Source of the DNA: a virus
Reading direction: 5' to 3' (one strand)
Length of the DNA stretch: 64,000 bases
Virus record (IMG/VR): IMGVR_UViG_3300025133_009393
This document shows, in pieces, positions 12,101 through 18,144 of this stretch (the first letter of the stretch is position 1; every line of letters begins with the position of its first letter). Both the position numbers and the translations under genes were made by a program. The notes under the pieces are model-generated. The model worked only from the letters and a program-made list of their open reading frames with translations. It was not told where the DNA came from and did no database searches.

Positions 12101-14346
12101 TTATTGGGATCCAGCTGATGCATTCCAAAAATAGAACTTGATCCTAAAATCGGTGCGGCGCCGAGTGTTTTATTTGTTGCAACTTTCTTAGGAAAGATTG
12201 CCTCTGCCTCAGCTGAAAAAGAAAATCCATCCAAATGCTCGCCATTAAAAATGTTAGTTCCGCTAATATAATTAACTGAATCTTCATTTACAGCATCTGT
12301 GTTCTGATATACTGTTCCTTGGAATGGAGCTTGTCCTAATGGTGTTCTATGTACGTAATCATTAAAGTCGACATATTTATTATCAAATGTGTTTACCCTG
12401 TAGTTATCTTCAAAGCGATAAGTGGCATTATCAGCGTATAAGTTAATTTTTATCAACTCGTCGTCGACGCCAAAGCTTCTTAAAACATTTCTCAGCGATC
12501 TTTCAGTACCCTTTGATTTATAAGTGGGTACCAAACCATTATAAATGTTTTGATAAATTAAATTTTTAATCTCCTCTATCTTCATTCCAAAAGAAGCGCT
12601 TTCATTGCGATTATAATATCTTTCAAGCGTCGAAAGATCAGTAAGCAAATCCGAAGTATCAAAACCATACGATTGCAATAATTTATCAGTAAATGCAATC
12701 GGCTTGTCATAAACAACTGCGCCGGCGCTGCTGCTAGGATATGTAATATTTTTTAATTTTGGCAGCTCGTCTATTTGTATTTGCAAGGTATCAAAATAGC
12801 TAGCCATAATTTGTGTAAGCTTTTTGAGTACAGCTGAGCCGCCCTTGCTTGATTCTGTATCAGATTCAATGATCCAAGATGGAAGACTGTGAAAGATTGA
12901 TGAGTTGTTCTTTACATCCCATTCGAGCCCTTCTTGTGCTTTCCTATCATAGTAGGCTTTAACATCCGGATGGGTTGAATATATGATAGGATCTTTATAT
13001 TCGGATTCTACATGTCCGGATTGAACGATCGCCGACTCAGTACTTCTAGAATCAGACTGATATCCTTCCCAAGCACCATTTGATATTCTACCAGAATAAT
13101 CTAGCGCGATGGAATCTTTTGCGCTATCTCCAGTAATTCCCTCATTAAACTTATAATAAACACCCAAATCTACATTTGAAGTATCTGTATTGGTGCCTCC
13201 ACCAACTTGAAATTTCCAAAAGCGGCCTATCTGCTTGGCGGTTCTAATTCTCTTCCAGTATCTAAATTCATCAAAAGAGGTATATGCAACATTTCCCCAG
13301 CCTTTGTCGCCAGAGGTAAGATTACTATCCTCACTCGGCGTAGTTATGTCTCCGGCTTGAGGAGACGCCTGTGCGCCAAGAGCTGCTACCATGTTGCCTT
13401 CAATCGAGCCTACATAGCCGCTAACTCCATCTCCATCGTAACTCGGAGCACTTAACGAAGATTGTTCTTTTCCGTCTACATATAATTTAGTAATATTAGA
13501 GTCGCTTTCTACCCCAAACGTAAGTGCATAATGATGCCATTGGCCGTCGGCGATATCGCTTAAACCAGTTTCGTGATCCCAACGATTGGCGACAGAGCCA
13601 GAACTAGCCCAAATTCTTATTTGTGATTTTACTGTAGCGTCATTGGCAGAATATAGTGCAAAGTGGCCATATTGCGCGCCGGTGGCTCCTATAGAGCCCA
13701 TATCATATAAATATTCTATTTTGCTAGCACCGGACCAATCATTCTTTTTCATCCAAAATTCAACAGTAATACCTCTACTCATATTAAATTCAAGGTTACT
13801 GCCTCTTAGACTACCAGTGTGGTATATGTTTGCTTTTGATTTTCCTTTTCCTGCGGGGCCCGTCGCGAGCGGGCTTTTATAGTCTCCATTGGGATCCGCG
13901 TGGGGGCCGCCATAAAAAAGAATATATTGTGGAGCGCTTGAGCTATAAACCGGCCAATCAGTATCAGAAAACTTAGTACTAGTATACGTGTGGGAAGCGC
14001 TATTAAATGTTGCGAATCCATTTGTCCTTGGATACTCTTTCTCGAAAATGAATCTCTGCAAGTAAGAGCCGGTATTGTGCCAAGAGATTTTCTCTTTTAG
14101 AGAGCCGTCATAAGGAAAGGTTTTGTAAATATTACTAATAGTATCTTTATAATATTCTTCGGCCGAACCATACCTGGCAAAATACTGAGGTTTTGAAAAA
14201 TCAACCGCTGGCATGAATCTTTCAGCGTCTCTTTCAAATTCGGTAACGTAGCTAGCGGATTCCATGCCATCGTCTAAGACGCCATTGAGCGTCTTGGAAG
14301 ATATAATTTTTCCGTCGCCTTTATTAAATAAGTTTTTAATACTCAT
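178..14346 (-). CDS. Giant (4722 aa) baseplate/tail-associated structural protein with LamG (ConA-like) domains, a MAM-like domain and internal repeats
   Basis: LamG signatures ITVEFWMKK...QWHHYALT...KLYVDG...FDEFRYW and FSLSMWIKR...IYVNG...IDEVSLWD...LVAWW. YKSKGTERSLRNVLRSFG is typical of baseplate wedge proteins. MAM-like FYYQLRG...GTLRV...WKLAKIDLS...AAIDDISL. Lies downstream of gp25/gp6-like genes. Confidence 0.8.
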   Translation of the reverse strand: MSIKNLFNKGDGKIISSKTLNGVLDDGMESASYVTEFERDAERFMPAVDFSKPQYFARYGSAEEYYKDTISNIYKTFPYDGSLKEKISWHNTGSYLQRFIFEKEYPRTNGFATFNSASHTYTSTKFSDTDWPVYSSSAPQYILFYGGPHADPNGDYKSPLATGPAGKGKSKANIYHTGSLRGSNLEFNMSRGITVEFWMKKNDWSGASKIEYLYDMGSIGATGAQYGHFALYSANDATVKSQIRIWASSGSVANRWDHETGLSDIADGQWHHYALTFGVESDSNITKLYVDGKEQSSLSAPSYDGDGVSGYVGSIEGNMVAALGAQASPQAGDITTPSEDSNLTSGDKGWGNVAYTSFDEFRYWKRIRTAKQIGRFWKFQVGGGTNTDTSNVDLGVYYKFNEGITGDSAKDSIALDYSGRISNGAWEGYQSDSRSTESAIVQSGHVESEYKDPIIYSTHPDVKAYYDRKAQEGLEWDVKNNSSIFHSLPSWIIESDTESSKGGSAVLKKLTQIMASYFDTLQIQIDELPKLKNITYPSSSAGAVVYDKPIAFTDKLLQSYGFDTSDLLTDLSTLERYYNRNESASFGMKIEEIKNLIYQNIYNGLVPTYKSKGTERSLRNVLRSFGVDDELIKINLYADNATYRFEDNYRVNTFDNKYVDFNDYVHRTPLGQAPFQGTVYQNTDAVNEDSVNYISGTNIFNGEHLDGFSFSAEAEAIFPKKVATNKTLGAAPILGSSSIFGMHQLDPNNASTIKWMNGADASNDHAHFKVYSVQSTVNDTDARFAVNLSGSITLSSEYYPEVYDNSKWNFAVSVSPEKKYIDLVSGSSGSIDASTGYKLEFYGVNRELGHIVNEFHVTKSLSYDGGRKFVSAPKRIYAGAHRTDFTGSVVTLSDVKIGSVRAWLDYLPTASVKAHALDPKNFGRSHDYGNSYFSQHQLSGAHIRPIETLILNWDFENVSSSAADGTFYVSDFSSGSSNYLSRYPSLFADIVDKYHDAKGQFFATSSNKIVDKFYVAAGKKQLPELINSDDMINIVEQDDDVFTRETKPIQYYIALEKSMYQTISEEMISFFDTVEYFNNVIGDPINKYRQDYKEMGKLRQLFFERVQNTPDIEKYLSYYKWFDSAIIRMIQGLLPASANASDSMRNMIESHVLERNKYWNKFPTLEMNQPPPEAKIMGINELLYNWKFGHASASDDPSKSSHTEQNKNCLWWNERADRDLSALSSGDATLDSQRNTINYIVTTENSASGPRRKGSDGTTYKGSTYALRRLSRPYKFDIEKSKHLDGGSNEGMNKLHGYHRHAIRWADPLSYITFEKNTTQPPVCDENRSLSIKSKILGKAQVYSNGVPIESSSYNIYGNMKPGLIAPFSIYSASIDKPSYATFVSASRITVTNLHEDKYIIGNEIPMQGPFTEKYVGGQQHRHIDINYSSSIRGSDTEATRPEAWYLQAPVGGKQGEYLINDNFDQWENSTQFNQANNTLGDLGFDNRPQTDSALKYIDIGDKVPSFGFGLHTGTGMGAIAKSYGKLLLPRSGDRMLLTPISKGAALNFAKKTGNPLSPADDLINGGQYEFSKVREFSFFTPQIDLSDVDPISAPPEFKFYYQLRGTNPGTLRVQYASGKEITSTFTDFTVNWDGTDATSITGDQGHHLTGKFGGLWKLAKIDLSSLIGTKFFIRIVNHGHTSFGGNGFAAIDDISLPVDLLDSARMTLYDINYKKVTKQDTDSSLRFDLHRPRAPYYRDEYAKRPVNIRNIKHTASAPAGGAVGRFRGETLIEEQKGHQKLPTIIGNYEHNYQVVQTSGRNVNNMWFRSGSKGAGGVEDSLSNLDAVYGLQDYKLVDRGKLADGTRNKTVIAERFSAPGDVATLSRGFLDRASETFSVYNALPWRNWGTRRFLANIGTSSLLVRHSEKFGLRDGAEQKSVGAPNGDGLKLYGDVDVFLTASYHKIHRNTSYRPAPAGPNYVTVPGSKGFDFGSQTDNSVIVEAEDHDDLSFNNGTPGQDDSFSLSMWIKRKDVTATNTKEWLAGKSGEYAVYLYTTGSEGTAVSADKDDRFLVFQLGSAEPGTCLDGTCAADANATGHKLFYDISSGFNGKHDVWDNVVCTYNGASAAGKTNMSIYVNGELKTSNGTTDFGTSGSPGYTGMSNTSNKFTIGARAAVTDSCDATIDEVSLWDATLAADKVTEIYNGGKSTNLNEHSSVSNLVAWWAMGDVNDKCGSDYTDYVNSTYAEGSVTISGDSWPTEVIGNAASKDFFVPEPTEPLSDFWSALDGEYFQLEDYEGTPAKFLFSHTSAAPSAASTNSTLLIPAVTSAGGNFNALLLANTPQFEKFWIKDTEGNRVLFYFVKDLVVSTDELTFNNTTVITADVTTGYKAEVSMGMGTFQQIDDGLITPKLIAATISNAVTQAKAAGVLKVTAGSYSAVGGTSATDNPWSVNLVQDVSGEAGNGTIGLHNEALSSVLKKSGGWNWGASPPTFSGGNDGALTYAAGPPKTITIKVGDNPATKAAISNRIYEAFVLAKQNGWKITATEPTTNTLNNAATGLVTIVSPITLTQDAEGAAGNKTISFLGVDITNQSWGKESSQSYPWSFSDGATGILPQSVLDSQTITLTDASGNSLKIAFDSTQSLGNNVLNTDVSPPVLTIATKDLSNPYSIAVETVLVADSATVSIALAADNPAIAFGAISPGSSAADGSNQTITLTQEVGGSTGNKSITTVGDHITAVDFTGGPVATGEGIIEDQKGSHDAVILGDSSIDYFVDGTPNYLDYSVDINWQGNDTILKSVHDNWLVQRPIPQSDVQYNWIWRSLDQKQEPFSHLYASSSEAYNSQNPTAPWGYATASHQFRFVSSSDMGSHRDKVSAFYVINQPPGALDGFNVEYFVENWKYGVSRAYVTSPGFMPNDMVGMNTNIHESFDTGSNTLGYLPTGSKFFEYFKTGLTTLPSIGSHMGALAGGIAGNAEVLNGILLHRNGPYHYPSWKQIRTGEHPIARHQRKNSIITITGEEGVFGDKTPYEWGANPSGPGSIYRAYALIHPHRKVLSSGLIIRRYKEPAVTSKFKPMTATARQRTGLDTRFVYTYANNMIKFSNQALNERLKIYEVSDFHASSDNDIHQTVIDSELVGAPYRYTESVWPRGSNTYLNETRKRVEYAEIQGHGPKGIDKISHNTFWKGRHTLAFPDRKRNEGYAYNSQGWLLSRFGGPKLDDGTYFMDYGPTDPMPFCDAVSVAAGLGLGTTALSGKACTVVSASENMNFGGTVLPFCNPCIGSTFQDMPLSAWPLDEGKYGGVMEVHSYHPNSLYEGGMYGPTYKQRWGKTDDFRKCLGRESMSTAETLDAAGSSTVFRGTYNLISGSTFGDHFVSGTFGMKGELAEDPSMNFLTSWASAYWACGTASFFYPFVDKTAANQNTQPSSPGDAINAGYEYTAMGGSDYELHREALVNNEDIDAPVWQSPPTFSTMFRGGYRRPYASPCFFRDPYNNFNVIGLSASFSGGPAGKESGSAETLHGRTVVGGKYKISHHGGPTEVQTNILDFSGALGYVKTAPYYRTNKLAGKNPWYDSYESYIDDVRSLGQDYGVLAEFNMSENMDEYAQYNFDWTRPNPGFLTLKGAKLSSSLGYEPFASHDLALADVLESIGADIANPGGMNGTMDRDFLRRYCISDSVRYRNKMAEDFEIPRRIKLRFDAVTKLMPYYGFYPVTRTLQLATLFSQSIGPYLSSSTDTYKINKRTYLGYNSIKQLWNDGDNAVDDNPLGDDIRFSFTDNYTEPGAEFITASQHPTYQLRTGMAAEGQLIDIESDPYWGADPEYPTIDPGASSIALKVKDGAHFSTKLFDLADAGHEGSIGWKKALLDVHRAGKMQAMLQPTFAPGIMYNTIKSGIAVDYPVYINQADVDPTPQTPSEFTTTEGGPVVALRDYTDGVMMQVKPNFRLPFEAIYDLSKIPSSEQVGDLATSMGLTTETYGRGLELSEIPKIYYTEPAWFQCGTDDQGKAKLGKKMAGSFWAAWGGHRGPLYEKAANNFLSEIPNFFLKNKGLTNFKSAPSSKIKNLIEGKTYIMKVTLEIFDEHSHPNSGNAGVNGEFVMAEGPRKPLVPMNDTATQFQPLPRRGSIFGPALPYQDHRDGQQFTGGPTATGPLLTNAGDIKSTGSSGEMYDLRYHEADPGYAPWTPPYYYGKVHKWLAYTHTTPKMVTTEGGYEMGATPTIDEIHSNIINNPLTTEFNDLGRPLYYREDGTPVRARDIMRRDEALTAGDVPYPHASGYWGHLAYENRMKLTASLDIFKKRAVITQVEVPPQRISPGGTDPLLPPQIVNKVDHIWEISTKFECPVINLSGSSYVGSNRHRPDFVPGSNNKDGYFSDRTGRSIWMGYGNTSNVGEAEKTTLPDGTKVSIPKRGIKLSLSDAAFTDDSHNGSLLDALGFRDNNTEPQELSKYIGQIASGKEISEAVVAIPFLEIEIPKVTFRPFSRYNIDDINFIKIHPDEYFAQWQNFHAGAAAVKIHPSDPTAHTKLNLDQPEQAIGKTGITALMDMVSKYIIPPELDFYHKGIGSSEDAKYEITRRRFGNNEHSGLNPFIMYIHEFKRELNSKDLGDIWQNLLPDTGMRGKKEASSVGTDLAGPNSQYELFGRLDDLLDITVLGHNIHGRNKNTRTLKKIFADPSHPGLKWLVFKVKKRANMYMSQVKYPAAPGISPPGGAISDNIWNTKYSYNWPYDFFSLVEVAKLTVEYDYTKSS

Positions 14347-15907
14347 CTTTGTCTACTCTAAACCTAAACTTTTCGTCTTGTTCATGATATTGCCCGCTTA
14401 AATAATATAAGAATTTTATTTCATACATGTAATCAGGCTCTAATAAATTCATTTCTAAATCAAAATAATTTCCCGAAACATCACAGGAAAGTCTTGTGTT
14501 ATACATCTGATTAGAGCCGGTACCATAAGATATGGCTTCAAAATCATCTGCTACTCTCACTACTTTATAGAAGGCGTCTTCAATTGCCATGGAGGTGGCC
14601 TTTTTCGATGCTTTTGTATAAACATTTGGATTCCAATCTTTAACTCTGGTAAATAGCCTCAGCCTAGGAGTCTCTTTTTTGTCATAAGATGGCTTAAGGT
14701 TTCTAAGACTAGTTACAAAATTTTGCTCTGCATCATTATAACCAGAAGCTGCAAAATTTTTAACATTTATTGTTCCTGTGAAATATTGATTACTGCCGCT
14801 AAACCAAACATCATGTATAATCGACGCCGTTGTATCAACTGCAATACTAGCAGAATATATACCTGCTTTATATATTCCACCAGTAACCGGTGTTAATGGT
14901 GCTGTAGTTATTGGATCGCCTGTCGCTACTCCGTCTACGTCTGCATATAAATTAACATATATATCTTGCTTTGTCGGCTCGGCAGTATGACCCAAAGGAA
15001 TATTTTTAAGCTGTCCTCTGACATAATTATATAGATAAACTTTATTTAAATTATCATCGGTGGCAACCAACGAGCTGCTAGCATAAAAACTCGCTCTTCT
15101 ATCTTTTACAGAAGAATCCCACTGGGCTTCTAGGCAGGGTTTCTTAAAGAAGAATTGTGTTCCTCTACTAAAGAACTTCTTTGTGTAATATGATCTCCTA
15201 TTAGTACCATCAAACTGACTTTCGTTTTCATATGTACCAGACATTCTTATCATTACACCGTCGTATCTTTGATATATCGCGCCCGAAGGACAAGCTCGAA
15301 GCCAAGCCTCGACCCAATCTGTCACATCGACTTTCATATCTTCGTTGCCGCGTTCGAAATATGCGCTAGCTGTAATCGAGCGCTCAGCGTGGCCAGAACT
15401 AGCCGGCTCGGTGCGATTATAATCTGTTGTACCAAAGGCGCCCGGGGATCCCCAATACTGATCAGTGCGCGCGCGGTTCCAATTAGAAGAGCCAGAATCA
15501 GTGTATCCTTCCATATCTAAGCCATAGCCTTCAGTCCAGCCTTCATTCTGCAATGGGTCTATAGCTTCTGGCCAGGCCTGTGTGTTAATTGGTAAAATAT
15601 GTAAATAATACTTTTCTGGCAATGTTTGTGAATGCCTTGCATTGAACATTCTTAAATAAAATTTTACCGAACCACTAGCAGGAATATCCTCTGTCGTGAA
15701 TCTAGAAGAAGATATCTCGTTTATGGGAAAGCTAATCAATATTCTTGATGCTTCTAGAGAGGATGACGATGCTTGGCCATAGATAGAAAATACCTCTAGA
15801 ATATCAGATGCTCCCATGTTGGCTTCGCTACCTGAGTTTGTCAGGTCTGCCTTGAAAGCATTTGTTATAGTATTGTCTTTATCAGCATAGAATCTTTTAA
15901 TTGCCAT
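14336..15907 (-). CDS. Putative virion structural protein of the baseplate module (523 aa)
   Basis: Long beta-rich ORF coupled to both neighbours, between the gp6-like gene and the giant tail protein. No enzyme motif recognised. Confidence 0.6.
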   Translation of the reverse strand: MAIKRFYADKDNTITNAFKADLTNSGSEANMGASDILEVFSIYGQASSSSLEASRILISFPINEISSSRFTTEDIPASGSVKFYLRMFNARHSQTLPEKYYLHILPINTQAWPEAIDPLQNEGWTEGYGLDMEGYTDSGSSNWNRARTDQYWGSPGAFGTTDYNRTEPASSGHAERSITASAYFERGNEDMKVDVTDWVEAWLRACPSGAIYQRYDGVMIRMSGTYENESQFDGTNRRSYYTKKFFSRGTQFFFKKPCLEAQWDSSVKDRRASFYASSSLVATDDNLNKVYLYNYVRGQLKNIPLGHTAEPTKQDIYVNLYADVDGVATGDPITTAPLTPVTGGIYKAGIYSASIAVDTTASIIHDVWFSGSNQYFTGTINVKNFAASGYNDAEQNFVTSLRNLKPSYDKKETPRLRLFTRVKDWNPNVYTKASKKATSMAIEDAFYKVVRVADDFEAISYGTGSNQMYNTRLSCDVSGNYFDLEMNLLEPDYMYEIKFLYYLSGQYHEQDEKFRFRVDKDEY

Positions 15908-15908
15908 T

Positions 15909-17702
15909 TTATCTGACCGTCCCTCTTATATCTTTTAAAGGAAATTTCATTTCCATAATCGTATCTTCCGGAACATCAATAAATCTTCCATCTGCAGAAA
16001 TATGTTCATCAATATTGAGAACAATACTAGAGTATGGATTACCGGATAGATTCTTTATTTTTACCGAGACGACATCAACGACGCCCGGGGTGTCATTAAT
16101 TACATCATATAGCCTCGTAATCATTAAAGGCTCTCCCATATCGTACGGATTGGTGAGAAATTCCTGCATTCTAACTATAATTCTATTGAAAACATCGTAT
16201 TTATTTGATCCCAAGTCTGATACAGCTACAAAGTCAATGCCAAAATTTGCAATTCTGCCATTAAGAATATCAATAGTATCATTAATCATTTTATACTGAC
16301 TTATCCAAGTTTTTAAATTATTTTTAATAGTGGCATTTGTATTCACCAATTGATTATCCGAATCTTCGGACAGCACATATAAATTTAAGTTTCTCTTAAA
16401 AGAGTCGTTATCATGAGTCATATTACACCTCTTAATCTTGCCAAATTTAGATGGCATAGCGTAAATCAAGCTCATATAATCGTTTTTTGTGACGGCTCTG
16501 TTTTGGGTTGGAAAAAATCCCAAAGCACGTCTTTTTAACTCTTCGCCATCTGGTGTGGCAACATCACCAATAATCGGCTCTTCATTGATGACTTCTAGAG
16601 AAGCTCTAACCAGAGCTTTCTTGATATTGGATGATGCATCTTGTGAAAATCTATACGTAGCTTCCACCGGTGCAGTGACCGTGCCAGCAGAAGCGTTGAT
16701 TACTGTAGAGGAGTTTCTACGAACCACAACCGTTAAACTAGTATTGGTTGGAGCAACGCCAAACTTATCAGTCTTTAAGAGTTTTGAAGGATCTAGATAA
16801 CTCAAAGTCTCATATGGCCTTCCGTGCCTTTCTAAAACTAAATTGCTTGGATGAACAATTGGATCAAGCCTCATTTCGGTATCTGATCCATAACCAAACC
16901 GCAGAAAGACATTGTTCTCATCATCTCTCTCGACAACATATCTCCTAGGAACACTCTGAGCCTTCAATATGTTGGGTGCCATTTTTTTGGTATTACCAGT
17001 ATTTGGAATCGATCGATAAATTATGTTTTGTGATAGATGATCAACTTCGTAATAAAGATGCCCCTCTGAGTCATATACAGTGGCTACCTCTGTTATGTTA
17101 TCGATGGGTACCTCAAGCCTCAAAAACTTCTCATACTCTCCAACTTCTAGAATAATTTCTTCAAGTTCGCCCGACATTACCTGTCCGTAGGTTTTTATGG
17201 CCCATCTGCTGACTGATCCGTTTGAAGCTTCGCCGGCCACAACTTCGTTGTCTGGGTGTGAAAAATCTACATCGTTCAACAAAACATACGTTGCTCCGCT
17301 ATCTGCCGAGAATCTAGAGCCTCGACGAAGAACCGGAGCATAAGTAGCATCTGGGCCTAGGCCGTCTGCAGTCGACGGTACCAAAAGATAAAGAGCCAAG
17401 CTGCCAAAAGAGGCTGCGGGGCCGGGACGTTTATAGCCTAGCTGTTCTGCATGCTTTGCAATATTCTCATATTCAGAAGCAGTAGACATGAAAGATTCAT
17501 TTACATTATAATCTACGTAAAACGATAACATGTCGCCGATGTAGGCAACTGTATCTAACATTAAAGAAGCAAATCCAGCATCAGAGAAATCCTGTACTGT
17601 ATCGGGATAATATATCCTAGCATACTCCTCCAGATCTTTCCTGATAGAAGCAAAATCTCTATTGGTGTACTTAATTGGAACTATTTCTTTGTTTTTTGCC
17701 AT
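15909..17702 (-). CDS. Baseplate wedge subunit, T4 gp6 / baseplate-J-like
   Basis: N-terminal YTNRDFASIRKDL...DFSDAG...AYIGDMLSFYVD, LRFG in the middle, and C-terminal QNRAVTKNDY, all characteristic of gp6-like wedge proteins. Follows the gp25-like gene. Confidence 0.9.
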   Translation of the reverse strand: MAKNKEIVPIKYTNRDFASIRKDLEEYARIYYPDTVQDFSDAGFASLMLDTVAYIGDMLSFYVDYNVNESFMSTASEYENIAKHAEQLGYKRPGPAASFGSLALYLLVPSTADGLGPDATYAPVLRRGSRFSADSGATYVLLNDVDFSHPDNEVVAGEASNGSVSRWAIKTYGQVMSGELEEIILEVGEYEKFLRLEVPIDNITEVATVYDSEGHLYYEVDHLSQNIIYRSIPNTGNTKKMAPNILKAQSVPRRYVVERDDENNVFLRFGYGSDTEMRLDPIVHPSNLVLERHGRPYETLSYLDPSKLLKTDKFGVAPTNTSLTVVVRRNSSTVINASAGTVTAPVEATYRFSQDASSNIKKALVRASLEVINEEPIIGDVATPDGEELKRRALGFFPTQNRAVTKNDYMSLIYAMPSKFGKIKRCNMTHDNDSFKRNLNLYVLSEDSDNQLVNTNATIKNNLKTWISQYKMINDTIDILNGRIANFGIDFVAVSDLGSNKYDVFNRIIVRMQEFLTNPYDMGEPLMITRLYDVINDTPGVVDVVSVKIKNLSGNPYSSIVLNIDEHISADGRFIDVPEDTIMEMKFPLKDIRGTVR

Positions 17703-17730
17703 CTTATTTCCTCATATAAATTAAGTAGTT

Positions 17731-18120
17731 CTATTGTGCAATATTCAAATCTATTAAATCACTAGTTCCCAGAGGTGTTATTTCATAAATTATTCTAACT
17801 TGTAATACTTCTTCTGCATACAACTCTTCTATATCCGGAGGGTATTTCACATCGAGTAATTTAATATAAGGCATATAGATTTTTACTTGATTTTGAATTT
17901 TTGCCCTTAAAGCAGATTTGCCTTCCTCTCTCTGTTCAAACAAAAAACGATATATACCCACACCAAAATTTATATCCATCATTCTCTCGCCCGGGCTGGT
18001 GAGGATGAGATTTTTGAAATTTTGCTTAATTGCCTCTTTAAACGTTTTCAGCATTGCATATTGACCATCGGTAGGATTCATTGTTAAGGGTAGGTGTGGT
18101 GTTATTCCATAAACGGGCAT
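17731..18120 (-). CDS. Baseplate wedge / sheath initiator, GPW/gp25 family
   Basis: 129 aa with IKQNFKNLILTSPGERMMDINFGVGI, the gp25-family T-x-x-GER-x(5)-FG signature. Confidence 0.92.
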   Translation of the reverse strand: MPVYGITPHLPLTMNPTDGQYAMLKTFKEAIKQNFKNLILTSPGERMMDINFGVGIYRFLFEQREEGKSALRAKIQNQVKIYMPYIKLLDVKYPPDIEELYAEEVLQVRIIYEITPLGTSDLIDLNIAQ

Positions 18121-18144
18121 ATATTTCTCCTTAGTATTTTAATT

